Part shown: positions 31,709 through 39,905 of the stretch, one piece after another
Layout: each line of letters opens with the position of its first letter
Numbering within the stretch: position 1 is the stretch's first letter
Source of the DNA: Gemmatimonadales bacterium
GTDB taxonomy: Bacteria > Gemmatimonadota > Gemmatimonadetes > Gemmatimonadales > GWC2-71-9
NCBI GenBank assembly: GCA_038321865.1
Contig: JBBQFH010000001.1
Span: 32,001-96,000 of the forward strand
Direction: 5' to 3'
Length of the DNA stretch: 64,000 bases
The notes under the pieces: generated by a model
Seen by the model: the letters and a program-made list of their open reading frames with translations, nothing else
Databases searched by the model: none
Told to the model about the DNA's origin: nothing
Position numbers and translations under genes: made by a program

Positions 31709-33706
31709 ATGTTCCGCCTGACTCTGGCGCTCGCCCTGACGGCTGCGCCGCTCGCCGCGCAGCAACCGACCACCCCGCCCACTCCGACCATGCCGGGTGC
31801 CGCCGCGGCACCCCGCGCCGCCGCGCCGCAGCTGCGCGCGCCGGTCGCCGATACGGGCATCTTCAGCCCTGTTCCGCTGCCGGAGCCCAGTCAGGTTCGT
31901 TCGGCGGACGGATCCCCGGGCCCACGCTACTGGCAGCAGCGGGTGGACTATACCATCAAGGCCAGACTCGACACGACGGCCAAGACGCTCACCGGCACCG
32001 AGTCGATCGGCTACACGAACAACTCGCCGGATACACTGCGGTTCGTCTGGATGCAGATGGATCAGAACCTGTTCCGGCCGGGCGCGACCGGATCGCTGCT
32101 CAATTCATCCGACAGCCGCTTCGGTGGCGCCGGATTCCAGGGGGGCTTCGAGATCGACCGGATCACGCAGACCGCCGCCGCAACCGCGCGAAAGGGCGCC
32201 CGGGCCGGCAGCACGACGTCCGGCACGCTCCGGACCAGGCTGGATGAGACCATGATGTATGTAGCGCTCGCGACCCCCGTGGCCCCGGGCCGTTCGACCA
32301 CCATCGACATCGCATACCATTTCAACATCCCCGAGCACGGCGCGGACCGGATGGGCCGGGACGGCCCGCTCTACGAGCTGGCACAGTGGTATCCACGCAT
32401 GGCGGTCTACGATGACGTGCACGGGTGGAACACCCTGCCCTACCTCGGCCAGGGCGAGTTTTACCTCGAATACGGGGACATCAATTACGAGGTGACCGTA
32501 CCGGCGGGATACATCGTCGCCGGCACCGGCGTGCTGCAGAACTCGGCCGAGGTGCTGACCGCGGTGCAGCGGGCCCGGCTCGCGCTCGCCGCGCACGCCG
32601 ACACGACGGTTGCGATCATCACGGCCGCCGACCTGACGTCGGGCGCGGCGCGGCCCTCCCGCGGCGGCATGACCACGTGGCGCTTCAACGCGAAGCAGGT
32701 CCGGGACGTCGCCTGGGCGGCATCACCGGAGTTCATCTGGGACGCGTCGAACTGGCAGGGCGTGATGGCGAACGCCTATTACCGGCCCAGCGCCGTAGCC
32801 ACATGGAAGGATGCGGCGAAGATGTCCCGTTTTACCATCGAGGAGTACAGCCGGCGCTGGCTGCGCTATCCCTATCCGCAGATATCAGCGGTCGAGGGGC
32901 CGGTCTCGGGAATGGAGTATCCGATGGTCGCGATGGAAGCGCGGTCGCGGACGGCGGAGGAGCTGTTCAATGTCGTCACCCACGAAATCGGCCATATGTG
33001 GTACCCGATGATCGTGGGCTCGGACGAGCGGCGATACGCCTGGATGGACGAGGGGTTCAACACGTTCATCAATTCATTCTCGGAGGAGGACTACTGGAAG
33101 CGGTCCGACAGCCTTACCCGGAAGGGCGAGGCGCAATTCGTGTTCCGCCTCGACCAGTCGGGCACGGCGCAGCCGATCATGACGCCGGCCAACCGCTACC
33201 AGAACAACAACAACCTCGGCTCCCTGGCCTATGTGAAGCCGTCGATCGTGCTGCTGGCACTGCGGAACAAGGTGCTCGGAGCGGAGGTGTTCGACACCGC
33301 CTTTGCCGAATACACGCGGCGCTGGGCGTTCAGGCATCCGCAGCCCGCTGACTTCTTCCGCACCATGGAGAGTGTGTCGGGACGCGACCTGTCGTGGTTC
33401 TGGCGGGGCTTCTTCTTCACCACCGACGCGCTGGATCAGGCAGTCGAAAATGTGCGCCAGACCGACAGCGGCGTCGTCGTGCTGCTCCGCAACTTCGGCC
33501 CCGCCGTCATGCCCGTCGAGCTGGAACTGACCTTCAGTGACGGCACCAAGCAGGTGGTCCGGTACCCGGTGGAGATCTGGTACGCGGGGGATCGATATCT
33601 GGCCCGGATTCCGACTCCGAAACGCGTCGTCCAGGCGCGAGTAAACCCGGATGGTTTTGGACCGGACATCATTCCCGCCGACGATATGTGGAAATCGGCC
33701 CCGTAA
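31709..33706 (+). CDS. secreted M1-family zinc aminopeptidase
   Basis: Signal peptide MFRLTLALALTAAPLAAQ; YWQQRVDY, GMEYP, HEIGH (HEXXH), WMDEG. Confidence 0.9.
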   Translation: MFRLTLALALTAAPLAAQQPTTPPTPTMPGAAAAPRAAAPQLRAPVADTGIFSPVPLPEPSQVRSADGSPGPRYWQQRVDYTIKARLDTTAKTLTGTESIGYTNNSPDTLRFVWMQMDQNLFRPGATGSLLNSSDSRFGGAGFQGGFEIDRITQTAAATARKGARAGSTTSGTLRTRLDETMMYVALATPVAPGRSTTIDIAYHFNIPEHGADRMGRDGPLYELAQWYPRMAVYDDVHGWNTLPYLGQGEFYLEYGDINYEVTVPAGYIVAGTGVLQNSAEVLTAVQRARLALAAHADTTVAIITAADLTSGAARPSRGGMTTWRFNAKQVRDVAWAASPEFIWDASNWQGVMANAYYRPSAVATWKDAAKMSRFTIEEYSRRWLRYPYPQISAVEGPVSGMEYPMVAMEARSRTAEELFNVVTHEIGHMWYPMIVGSDERRYAWMDEGFNTFINSFSEEDYWKRSDSLTRKGEAQFVFRLDQSGTAQPIMTPANRYQNNNNLGSLAYVKPSIVLLALRNKVLGAEVFDTAFAEYTRRWAFRHPQPADFFRTMESVSGRDLSWFWRGFFFTTDALDQAVENVRQTDSGVVVLLRNFGPAVMPVELELTFSDGTKQVVRYPVEIWYAGDRYLARIPTPKRVVQARVNPDGFGPDIIPADDMWKSAP

Positions 33707-33710
33707 CCGG

Positions 33711-35813
33711 CTAGCGGCTCAGCGTCTCCCTCGCCCGGACAACCCGGGCGGCGGCGGCGCCGACGCGCGTGGCGAGCTCGTGCAGTTCCAGCTGGGCGCG
33801 CGCCGGATCGTTGTCGCGCAGCGCCTCCCCGACACCCGGAAACGGCATGTCGGAATAGCCGTTGTCGCGGTCTGACGCGATCACCAGGTTACGCATCCGC
33901 GGACGTCCGCGAAGTCCCGTTGGACGTACCATTTCCTGCTCCACTCCCCGCAACACCTGGTTCACCCGGGCCAGCCGCGCCGCCGGCAGCGCTCCGCGTG
34001 CCAGCGCGGAGTCGCGGGCGGCATCGAACGCCAGACCCGCCCGCTTCAGGCCCGCGATGGCCGCGTCGAGCGAATCGAAGCGGAGGCCGGACCGCTTGGC
34101 CGCCGCCGATCGGGCGAGCGTCCCCGAGAGGCCGGCCAGCCGGTCCGCGAGCGCCGCATCGTCATAGGGGACGATGTCCGCATTGCCGAGCCGGGCCAGC
34201 AGCACCGCCGACAGGCGTGCGGCCGCCGCGGCACTCAAGAAACCCGGATCGCCAAAGCGGTCCTGGAAGGCGTACGTGTCGTACGCTGAGTGGTACCCGC
34301 CGCCGGGGCCGCCGAAGCCGTACTCGATCGCCGGGATCCCGAGGAAGTTGTAGAAGCCGCCGAAATCGCTGCCACCGCCGAGATCACCAAGCCGCACGTC
34401 GCCGGTATCGGCAGGGGGACGCGCCCGACGCCACGCCGCGTACACGCTGACGGTGTCACCCGGCTGCGTCACCGTCGTGCTCACATCCCGGATCAGCCCG
34501 TGCAGCGAGGCGGTGCCGCCCGCGCCGAACTGCCGGCCGTCGGCGGCGTCATCCTGATTGAGATACGCCACGGCGCGGGCGCGCAGCGTGTCCTGCATGA
34601 GCTCGGCGTACTCAGTCGAGCCGACCAGCCCCCATTCCTCTGCGTCCCAGGTCGCGAAGACCAGGGTGCGTCTCGGCCGGTGACCGGCCTTGACCGCGGC
34701 GCCCCAGGCGCGCGCGGCCCCGAGGACGCTGGTGACGCCACCGACGTTGTCCCGTGCGCCAGGTCCCCAGGCGTCACGGTGGCCGCCGATCAGCACCATT
34801 TCGTCGGGCCACGCGCTGCCCCGAATCACCCCGAAGGTGTTGGTGATCGTCTTGTAGGCCTGCTCGCCGCTCTGATGCCAGAGCGCGACGCGGGCCGTCA
34901 CGCCATCGCCCCCCACGTGATATCGAAAGCCAAGCCCGCCCTGCCATGCCTGTGATGGCAGCCCCGCACCGCGCATCGGCGACAGCAGCAGGGACGCATT
35001 CCGGTAGCCGATGGGCACGACCGGAATGCGAGAGACCGCCAGCGAGTCGAGCGGGAGACGCCGGGCGCCGGCGGTCGATGGCCACCCCGGCGTCGTGGGG
35101 TCGCCATCGCCGTTGAAGACACTGCCCCGCTGGACGCCGTCCGGGTTCCGCATGGGGCCCACCGGATAGACGTCGCCACGGACAAAGCCATCGTCCTGCG
35201 GGTCCGAGTACAGGAGGAGCGCACTGGCCCCGTGCGCTTCGGCCTCGCGCGCCTTGATGCCGCGAAAGCTTCGTCCATATCGCGCCAGGACGATCCTGCC
35301 ACGCACGTCCACGTGGATGGAATCCAGCGCGGCGTAATCGTCCGCCAGGCCATAGTTCACGTAGATGACGGGGGCCGTCACGTCGCCCGAGCCGGCACTC
35401 CCGTTCATCGCGGGCCACGGCTTGCCCTGTGTGGTCGGATCGTCGGGCAGTGCCGGTTCCTCGAGTGCCAGCCGCACGCGCGACGGCGTGATGATCTCGA
35501 CGATCGTCGAATCGGGGTACGGCATCCAGACCCGGAAGTTGAGCCGGCTGGTGTCGAGTCCCGCCGCCTTCATCTCGCGAAGAACGTATGCCGCCGTCGC
35601 CTGCTGTGCCGGGGTGCCGGCGACGTGCGGAACGGCACTCAGCGTGCGCACGTCCACTCGCGCCCTCGCCGAGTCCGGCACGCTTCGAAGCAGCGATTCG
35701 AGCGTGCGCTCCGCAGCGCCGGACGCGATCGAAAACCCCGCCGGCACACCTTGAGCCAGGAGCGAGGTCACGGAACATGCCAGCAATGGCAGCACCAGGC
35801 GAAGCAGACGCAC
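33711..35813 (-). CDS. secreted M28 peptidase (glutamate carboxypeptidase II-like: PA, M28 and TfR dimerisation domains)
   Basis: PHVAGT, YVNYG, VQRGSV, GGHRDAW, WDAEEWGLVGS, YHSAYDT; GTG at 35813 preceded by AGGAG. Confidence 0.9.
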   Translation of the reverse strand: MRLLRLVLPLLACSVTSLLAQGVPAGFSIASGAAERTLESLLRSVPDSARARVDVRTLSAVPHVAGTPAQQATAAYVLREMKAAGLDTSRLNFRVWMPYPDSTIVEIITPSRVRLALEEPALPDDPTTQGKPWPAMNGSAGSGDVTAPVIYVNYGLADDYAALDSIHVDVRGRIVLARYGRSFRGIKAREAEAHGASALLLYSDPQDDGFVRGDVYPVGPMRNPDGVQRGSVFNGDGDPTTPGWPSTAGARRLPLDSLAVSRIPVVPIGYRNASLLLSPMRGAGLPSQAWQGGLGFRYHVGGDGVTARVALWHQSGEQAYKTITNTFGVIRGSAWPDEMVLIGGHRDAWGPGARDNVGGVTSVLGAARAWGAAVKAGHRPRRTLVFATWDAEEWGLVGSTEYAELMQDTLRARAVAYLNQDDAADGRQFGAGGTASLHGLIRDVSTTVTQPGDTVSVYAAWRRARPPADTGDVRLGDLGGGSDFGGFYNFLGIPAIEYGFGGPGGGYHSAYDTYAFQDRFGDPGFLSAAAAARLSAVLLARLGNADIVPYDDAALADRLAGLSGTLARSAAAKRSGLRFDSLDAAIAGLKRAGLAFDAARDSALARGALPAARLARVNQVLRGVEQEMVRPTGLRGRPRMRNLVIASDRDNGYSDMPFPGVGEALRDNDPARAQLELHELATRVGAAAARVVRARETLSR

Positions 35814-35862
35814 GGCAACTCCTCTTAGAGGTCGGCAGGGCATGCGATGGGTGCAGTAGAAT

Positions 35863-35944
35863 GGGTGGGAAGTGAGAGTTGGGAAAGCCCGGCCGAGCGG
35901 GGCCGCCGCCAGGACGAGACCTTCTTGCCTCTCACCCCCCACCC
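35863..35944. repeat. intergenic 16-bp inverted repeat (long hairpin)
   Basis: GGGTGGGAAGTGAGAG (35863-35878) and CTCTCACCCCCCACCC (35929-35944); both mismatches become G-U pairs in minus-strand RNA. Confidence 0.6.
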
Positions 35945-35954
35945 GGAAAGGAGG

Positions 35955-37448
35955 TCAGGAAGTTGCCGCCGTCACGTCGAAGATCATCATCGCCGGGCTG
36001 GCCGGATCCTTGGCGGCGAAGACGTATCGGCGGCCGTTGATCGTCGCAAAGGTGCCGGTGTGGAGTCCGGTCGGCACGATGTAGCTGGTGGCGAAGGCCG
36101 GGTGAGCCGGATCAGCCAGGCTGTACAGGTACAACCCGCCGAGCGAACCGCCCTCAGCGGTGAACAGCAGCCACTTCCCGTCGGCGCTGACCTCCACGTC
36201 ACTCACCGTGCCGATGCCGGCGGTCTTGATCGAGTCGGCGATGGATGGGGCGCCGCTCGCGTCGAGGCGCCAGACCTTCAGCACGTTGCCCGCCGCGCTT
36301 CGGGTTCCCCACGTGCCGGTGTAGGCGAACCCATTCTGCACCCAGAGATCGGAGCTGAAGCGCTCCGGTACGTTGTTGCCGCCGGCAATCCTGGAGAGCG
36401 TGTTCCCCTGCAGCTTCAGCTGGTAGAGCCCGGTGAGCATGTCGATCGCATAGAGCGACCCGTTCCAGAGCTGCACCCCCCAGGTGTATGTGTTGCCCGC
36501 GCCGCCGGGCCGAATCTCCGAGATGACCCGGCCGGACAAGTCTCCCGTCAGCGCGCCGGACACGTCGAGCGCTACGACTCCACCGTTGTAGAACGCGGCG
36601 AAGAGAATCTGTGCCGGCTCATCCATCCAGAAGTTATGGACGCCCACGCTGTCGCCGGCGATCGACGGGTGATGGTAAAAGGCGACCTCGTGCGGGGCGG
36701 CGAGATTGGAGACGTCGACCACGTGAATATCCCCGGTCGACCGGCTTCCGATCCCGCCACTGGGCCCTTCCTGGCCGATGAACAGGTAGCGCTTTTCGCC
36801 GCTCACCGGGTTGTGGAACCACCATCCATTGTGAACATTCGGGCCGTCCACCGAACCAGCGGTCGCGGTCACAAAGCTGCTGACCAGCTGGGGACTCTCT
36901 GGCGAGCCGCCCCGAATGCCGTTGCCGACGTCGTAGATTCGCAGCCCCGTGTTCCACAGGAACGCGAAGGCAAGCCCATCGCGCACGAAGGTGTCATGCG
37001 CACCGTAATCGGCCGGTACCGCGATGGTCTGAAGCAGCACCGGCGCCGCCTGGACGAACGGCTGCGCCGTCTCACTGAAGGTGACCGGCGAGCCGGCGAG
37101 GCCGGTGACTGCCGCACGGACCTGCTGCGTTCCGGGTGCCGCGCCCAGGGTGACCGTGACGCTCGCCAGGCCCTGGCCATCGCTGACCGAGCTGGCCGCG
37201 GACACCGAACCGCCTCCACTCACGACCGACCACGCCACCGTCACCCCCGCGACCGGCTGGTCCAGCGCGTCCAGCACCGACACCCGGAGCGGCAGCGGCA
37301 GCACAGTCCCGGTCGTGCCGCTCTGGCCACCGCCATCCCCGGCCACCAGCCGCGCGGCGGTGCCGCCAGGTGACACGCTGTCCTTCCCGCAGGCCGCAGC
37401 CAGCAGGAGGGCGAACCCGAGGGCCGAGTGCAGGCGGGCTTTGGCCAA
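35955..37448 (-). CDS. lipoprotein with Ig-like (Big_1-type) domain and LVIVD-repeat beta-propeller
   Basis: Lipobox LAAAC; Ig segment PLRVSVLD...PVAGVTVAW; blades GLRIYDV, IHVVDVSN, GGVVALDVS, LYLYSLADP, MMIFDVT; TTG start. Confidence 0.75.
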   Translation of the reverse strand: MAKARLHSALGFALLLAAACGKDSVSPGGTAARLVAGDGGGQSGTTGTVLPLPLRVSVLDALDQPVAGVTVAWSVVSGGGSVSAASSVSDGQGLASVTVTLGAAPGTQQVRAAVTGLAGSPVTFSETAQPFVQAAPVLLQTIAVPADYGAHDTFVRDGLAFAFLWNTGLRIYDVGNGIRGGSPESPQLVSSFVTATAGSVDGPNVHNGWWFHNPVSGEKRYLFIGQEGPSGGIGSRSTGDIHVVDVSNLAAPHEVAFYHHPSIAGDSVGVHNFWMDEPAQILFAAFYNGGVVALDVSGALTGDLSGRVISEIRPGGAGNTYTWGVQLWNGSLYAIDMLTGLYQLKLQGNTLSRIAGGNNVPERFSSDLWVQNGFAYTGTWGTRSAAGNVLKVWRLDASGAPSIADSIKTAGIGTVSDVEVSADGKWLLFTAEGGSLGGLYLYSLADPAHPAFATSYIVPTGLHTGTFATINGRRYVFAAKDPASPAMMIFDVTAATS

Positions 37449-37451
37449 AGC

Positions 37452-37865
37452 CTACTGCCCTCCGCCACCGCCGCCGCCGGCCGCTACCGCCGTCAGCGTG
37501 AACGTCTGCGGGGAACCGCTGAGTCCCGGCACGGAAGCCGTGATCACCTGCGGGCCGGCCTGGCCGTAAGTGAAGTTGACGGATGAGACGCCCGCGGCGC
37601 TGGTCTCCTGCGTGGTGACCGAGGTCGCGCCACCGCCCGAGGTGACCGCCCACGTCACCGTCACGCCGGCCACCGGATCGTTGGCCGCATTGTCCACCCG
37701 AACCCGAAGCGGCGCCGCGGCCACGGCGCCGACGGCGCCGGTTTGCGGCTGGCCATCCAGCATTACCATCTTGGCCGGCACCGTCGGATCCGCCGGATTG
37801 GACTTGTTGCAGGCGGCGACGATGACGCCAAGCGCCAGCAGCCACATCATTCCATTCACTCGCAT
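37452..37865 (-). CDS. small lipoprotein with a single Ig-like domain
   Basis: Lipobox IVAAC; PLRVRVDN...PVAGVTVTW...GSPQTFT, paralogous to the Ig domain of the downstream gene. Confidence 0.75.
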   Translation of the reverse strand: MRVNGMMWLLALGVIVAACNKSNPADPTVPAKMVMLDGQPQTGAVGAVAAAPLRVRVDNAANDPVAGVTVTWAVTSGGGATSVTTQETSAAGVSSVNFTYGQAGPQVITASVPGLSGSPQTFTLTAVAAGGGGGGGQ

Positions 37866-37874
37866 TCGTGTCTC

Positions 37875-39110
37875 CTAGTGTTGCATGTGGGAGTCCGCGC
37901 CGTGTCCGCCGGCGTCATTTGCATCCATTGACCCGTACCTGCCCATCCGATGCATGGTGGCCCCCCAGCCGAGCCGAACAGCCACGTTCACCGACCAGAT
38001 GCGATCCCTTCCATAGAAGCTAGCGGGGTCGAAGCCTGCCCCGTCCAGGGATGTGACGCTCGCCAGCGCCGCCTCCAGCTGCGGCTCGATCTGCACGCCC
38101 GACACCGGCAGCCGGATGGAATATCCCGCCGTCACGATCGTCCATCGTGTGCGCCCAAGCACCGAGTTGTCGAGATGCGGCCGGACGGACCGATAGGGGT
38201 CGAGCAGGCGCTGTTCCTCCGGCCGCTCAGTTCGCTCGACCCGCCACAGGAGACGCTGAGACCCCGCCGACCATGCACCCTCAGCGAGCATACTGTGGTA
38301 CACGAAGAATCCGGCCGCCTCCGAGCTCCGCTCCCATTCCGCCATCAAATAGGTCGGATGGGCGTCGGCTCGGCTCTCCCAACGCGCGGACCCGCTCCAC
38401 TTCTCCTGATCGGGACCGCCTCCCGGCCGATGCTCCGGCGAGTGCACGTGGGCGATCGAGCCCTGCAATTCGAGCCCGGCCAGCGGCGCGAAGGTCGCCC
38501 TGGCCGACCAGGAATCGCCGAAGCGGCCGATCAGCGGCCATTGGCCCGGCCGCTCGGGCTCATCCCCGTTGAAGATCGCCGCCTCGAACGACACCGGGCC
38601 GGTCCGGAACGCACCGATCGCGATCGCGCGCTCCAGAATCTGCGCCAGATGGTGGTTGACCGGGTAGCGGATGAGGGGGCGGGACATGGGGTCGTCCGTC
38701 CCGAAGGGCGCGAATCCCTTCCCTGCGCTGAGCGACAGCCGTGCCTGCCCGTCCAACCGGCCGAGCAGATCGCCGGCGGAGACGATCAGCTCGTGCACGT
38801 AGGTGTGGGGATGCCGGCGATCCACAAAGCCTTCACCCCAGTCCCCGGGCGCGAGCTCGCCGTTCGGAATGGTCAGCCCTTCCAGGTTGCCGGTGCCGGT
38901 GAGCTCCAGTCTTCCGCCCGCAAATCCGGCATGGATCATGACCGTCGGCTGCACAACGCGAAACTCGTCGGCCGTCCCGCCGCCCGGTGCCGCACCGACG
39001 TGCGTATAGAGCCCGATCGCGTGCACGCCGACATGCAGATAGGGGTCCTGGGCCATGCCCGGGGAGGACAGCACGAGCGAGCCGAGGGCGACGCAGACGA
39101 GGTGGCGCAG
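37875..39110 (-). CDS. hypothetical exported protein, probable outer-membrane beta-barrel with His motifs
   Basis: Signal peptide (RHLVCVALGSLVLSSPGMA-Q), alternating beta-strand patterns, DRRHPH and NHH motifs, His/Met tail; start inferred at CTG 39110, 7 nt after GGAGG. Confidence 0.65.
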   Translation of the reverse strand: MRHLVCVALGSLVLSSPGMAQDPYLHVGVHAIGLYTHVGAAPGGGTADEFRVVQPTVMIHAGFAGGRLELTGTGNLEGLTIPNGELAPGDWGEGFVDRRHPHTYVHELIVSAGDLLGRLDGQARLSLSAGKGFAPFGTDDPMSRPLIRYPVNHHLAQILERAIAIGAFRTGPVSFEAAIFNGDEPERPGQWPLIGRFGDSWSARATFAPLAGLELQGSIAHVHSPEHRPGGGPDQEKWSGSARWESRADAHPTYLMAEWERSSEAAGFFVYHSMLAEGAWSAGSQRLLWRVERTERPEEQRLLDPYRSVRPHLDNSVLGRTRWTIVTAGYSIRLPVSGVQIEPQLEAALASVTSLDGAGFDPASFYGRDRIWSVNVAVRLGWGATMHRMGRYGSMDANDAGGHGADSHMQH

Positions 39111-39133
39111 GAGGGATCCTCCGGACTGCAGGG

Positions 39134-39895
39134 CTAGCCGGTGACCTCGCTGCGGGCGATGGCGCTGGCTCGAACGTAGTCGCGGTTCATGCGGGTGATC
39201 GTGTCGATGCTGATCTCCTTGGGACACGCTTCCTGGCATTCGCCGAAGAGGCTGCAGCCGCCGAAGGACTCCGCATCCATGCGCGCGACCATGCGCAGTG
39301 CCCGGCGGTAGCGTTCGGTTTGCCCCTGCGGCAGCAGACCGAGGTGCGCGATCTTGGCTGCAGTGAACAGCGAGGCCGACCCGTTCGGACAGGCCGCGAC
39401 GCAGGCGCCGCATCCGATGCATTGGGCCGCATCCATGGCGATCTCGGCCGCGGCCTTCGGGATCGGAATGGCGTTCCCGTCCGGTGCGCCGCCGGTGTTG
39501 ACCGCGACGTAGCCGCCCGCCTGAATGATCCGGTCCAGCGCGCCGCGGTCGACCACCAGATCCTTGATGATCGGGAAGGCCCGGGAGCGCCATGGCTCGA
39601 CGTGGATCTCGGCACCATCCTCGAAACTCCGCATGTGGAGCTGGCAGGTGGCGGTGCCCTTCATCGGCCCGTGGGCCACGCCATCGATCATGAGCGAGCA
39701 CGAGCCGCAGATCCCTTCACGGCAATCGTGATCGAAGGCAATCGGCTCCTCCCCCTTCGCCGTGAGCCGCTCATTCACCACATCGAGCATTTCGAGGAAC
39801 GACATGTCCGGCGAAATGTCCGGCGCCTCGTAGCGCACCATGCGCCCGGGTGCGGAGGGCGCCGCCTGCCGCCAGACCCGCAAGGTCAGGTTCAC
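39134..39895 (-). CDS. sdhB: succinate dehydrogenase/fumarate reductase Fe-S subunit
   Basis: [38 protein letters not shown] start at 39895. Confidence 0.95.
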   Translation of the reverse strand: MNLTLRVWRQAAPSAPGRMVRYEAPDISPDMSFLEMLDVVNERLTAKGEEPIAFDHDCREGICGSCSLMIDGVAHGPMKGTATCQLHMRSFEDGAEIHVEPWRSRAFPIIKDLVVDRGALDRIIQAGGYVAVNTGGAPDGNAIPIPKAAAEIAMDAAQCIGCGACVAACPNGSASLFTAAKIAHLGLLPQGQTERYRRALRMVARMDAESFGGCSLFGECQEACPKEISIDTITRMNRDYVRASAIARSEVTG

Positions 39896-39905
39896 GGCGA
39901 CCTCC

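Noticed and set aside
37875..39701. 608-aa ORF suggesting an sdhB-overlapping long protein
   Set aside because: The first ~200 aa are an alternative frame of sdhB; the plausible protein begins after the GGAGG at 39118-39122.
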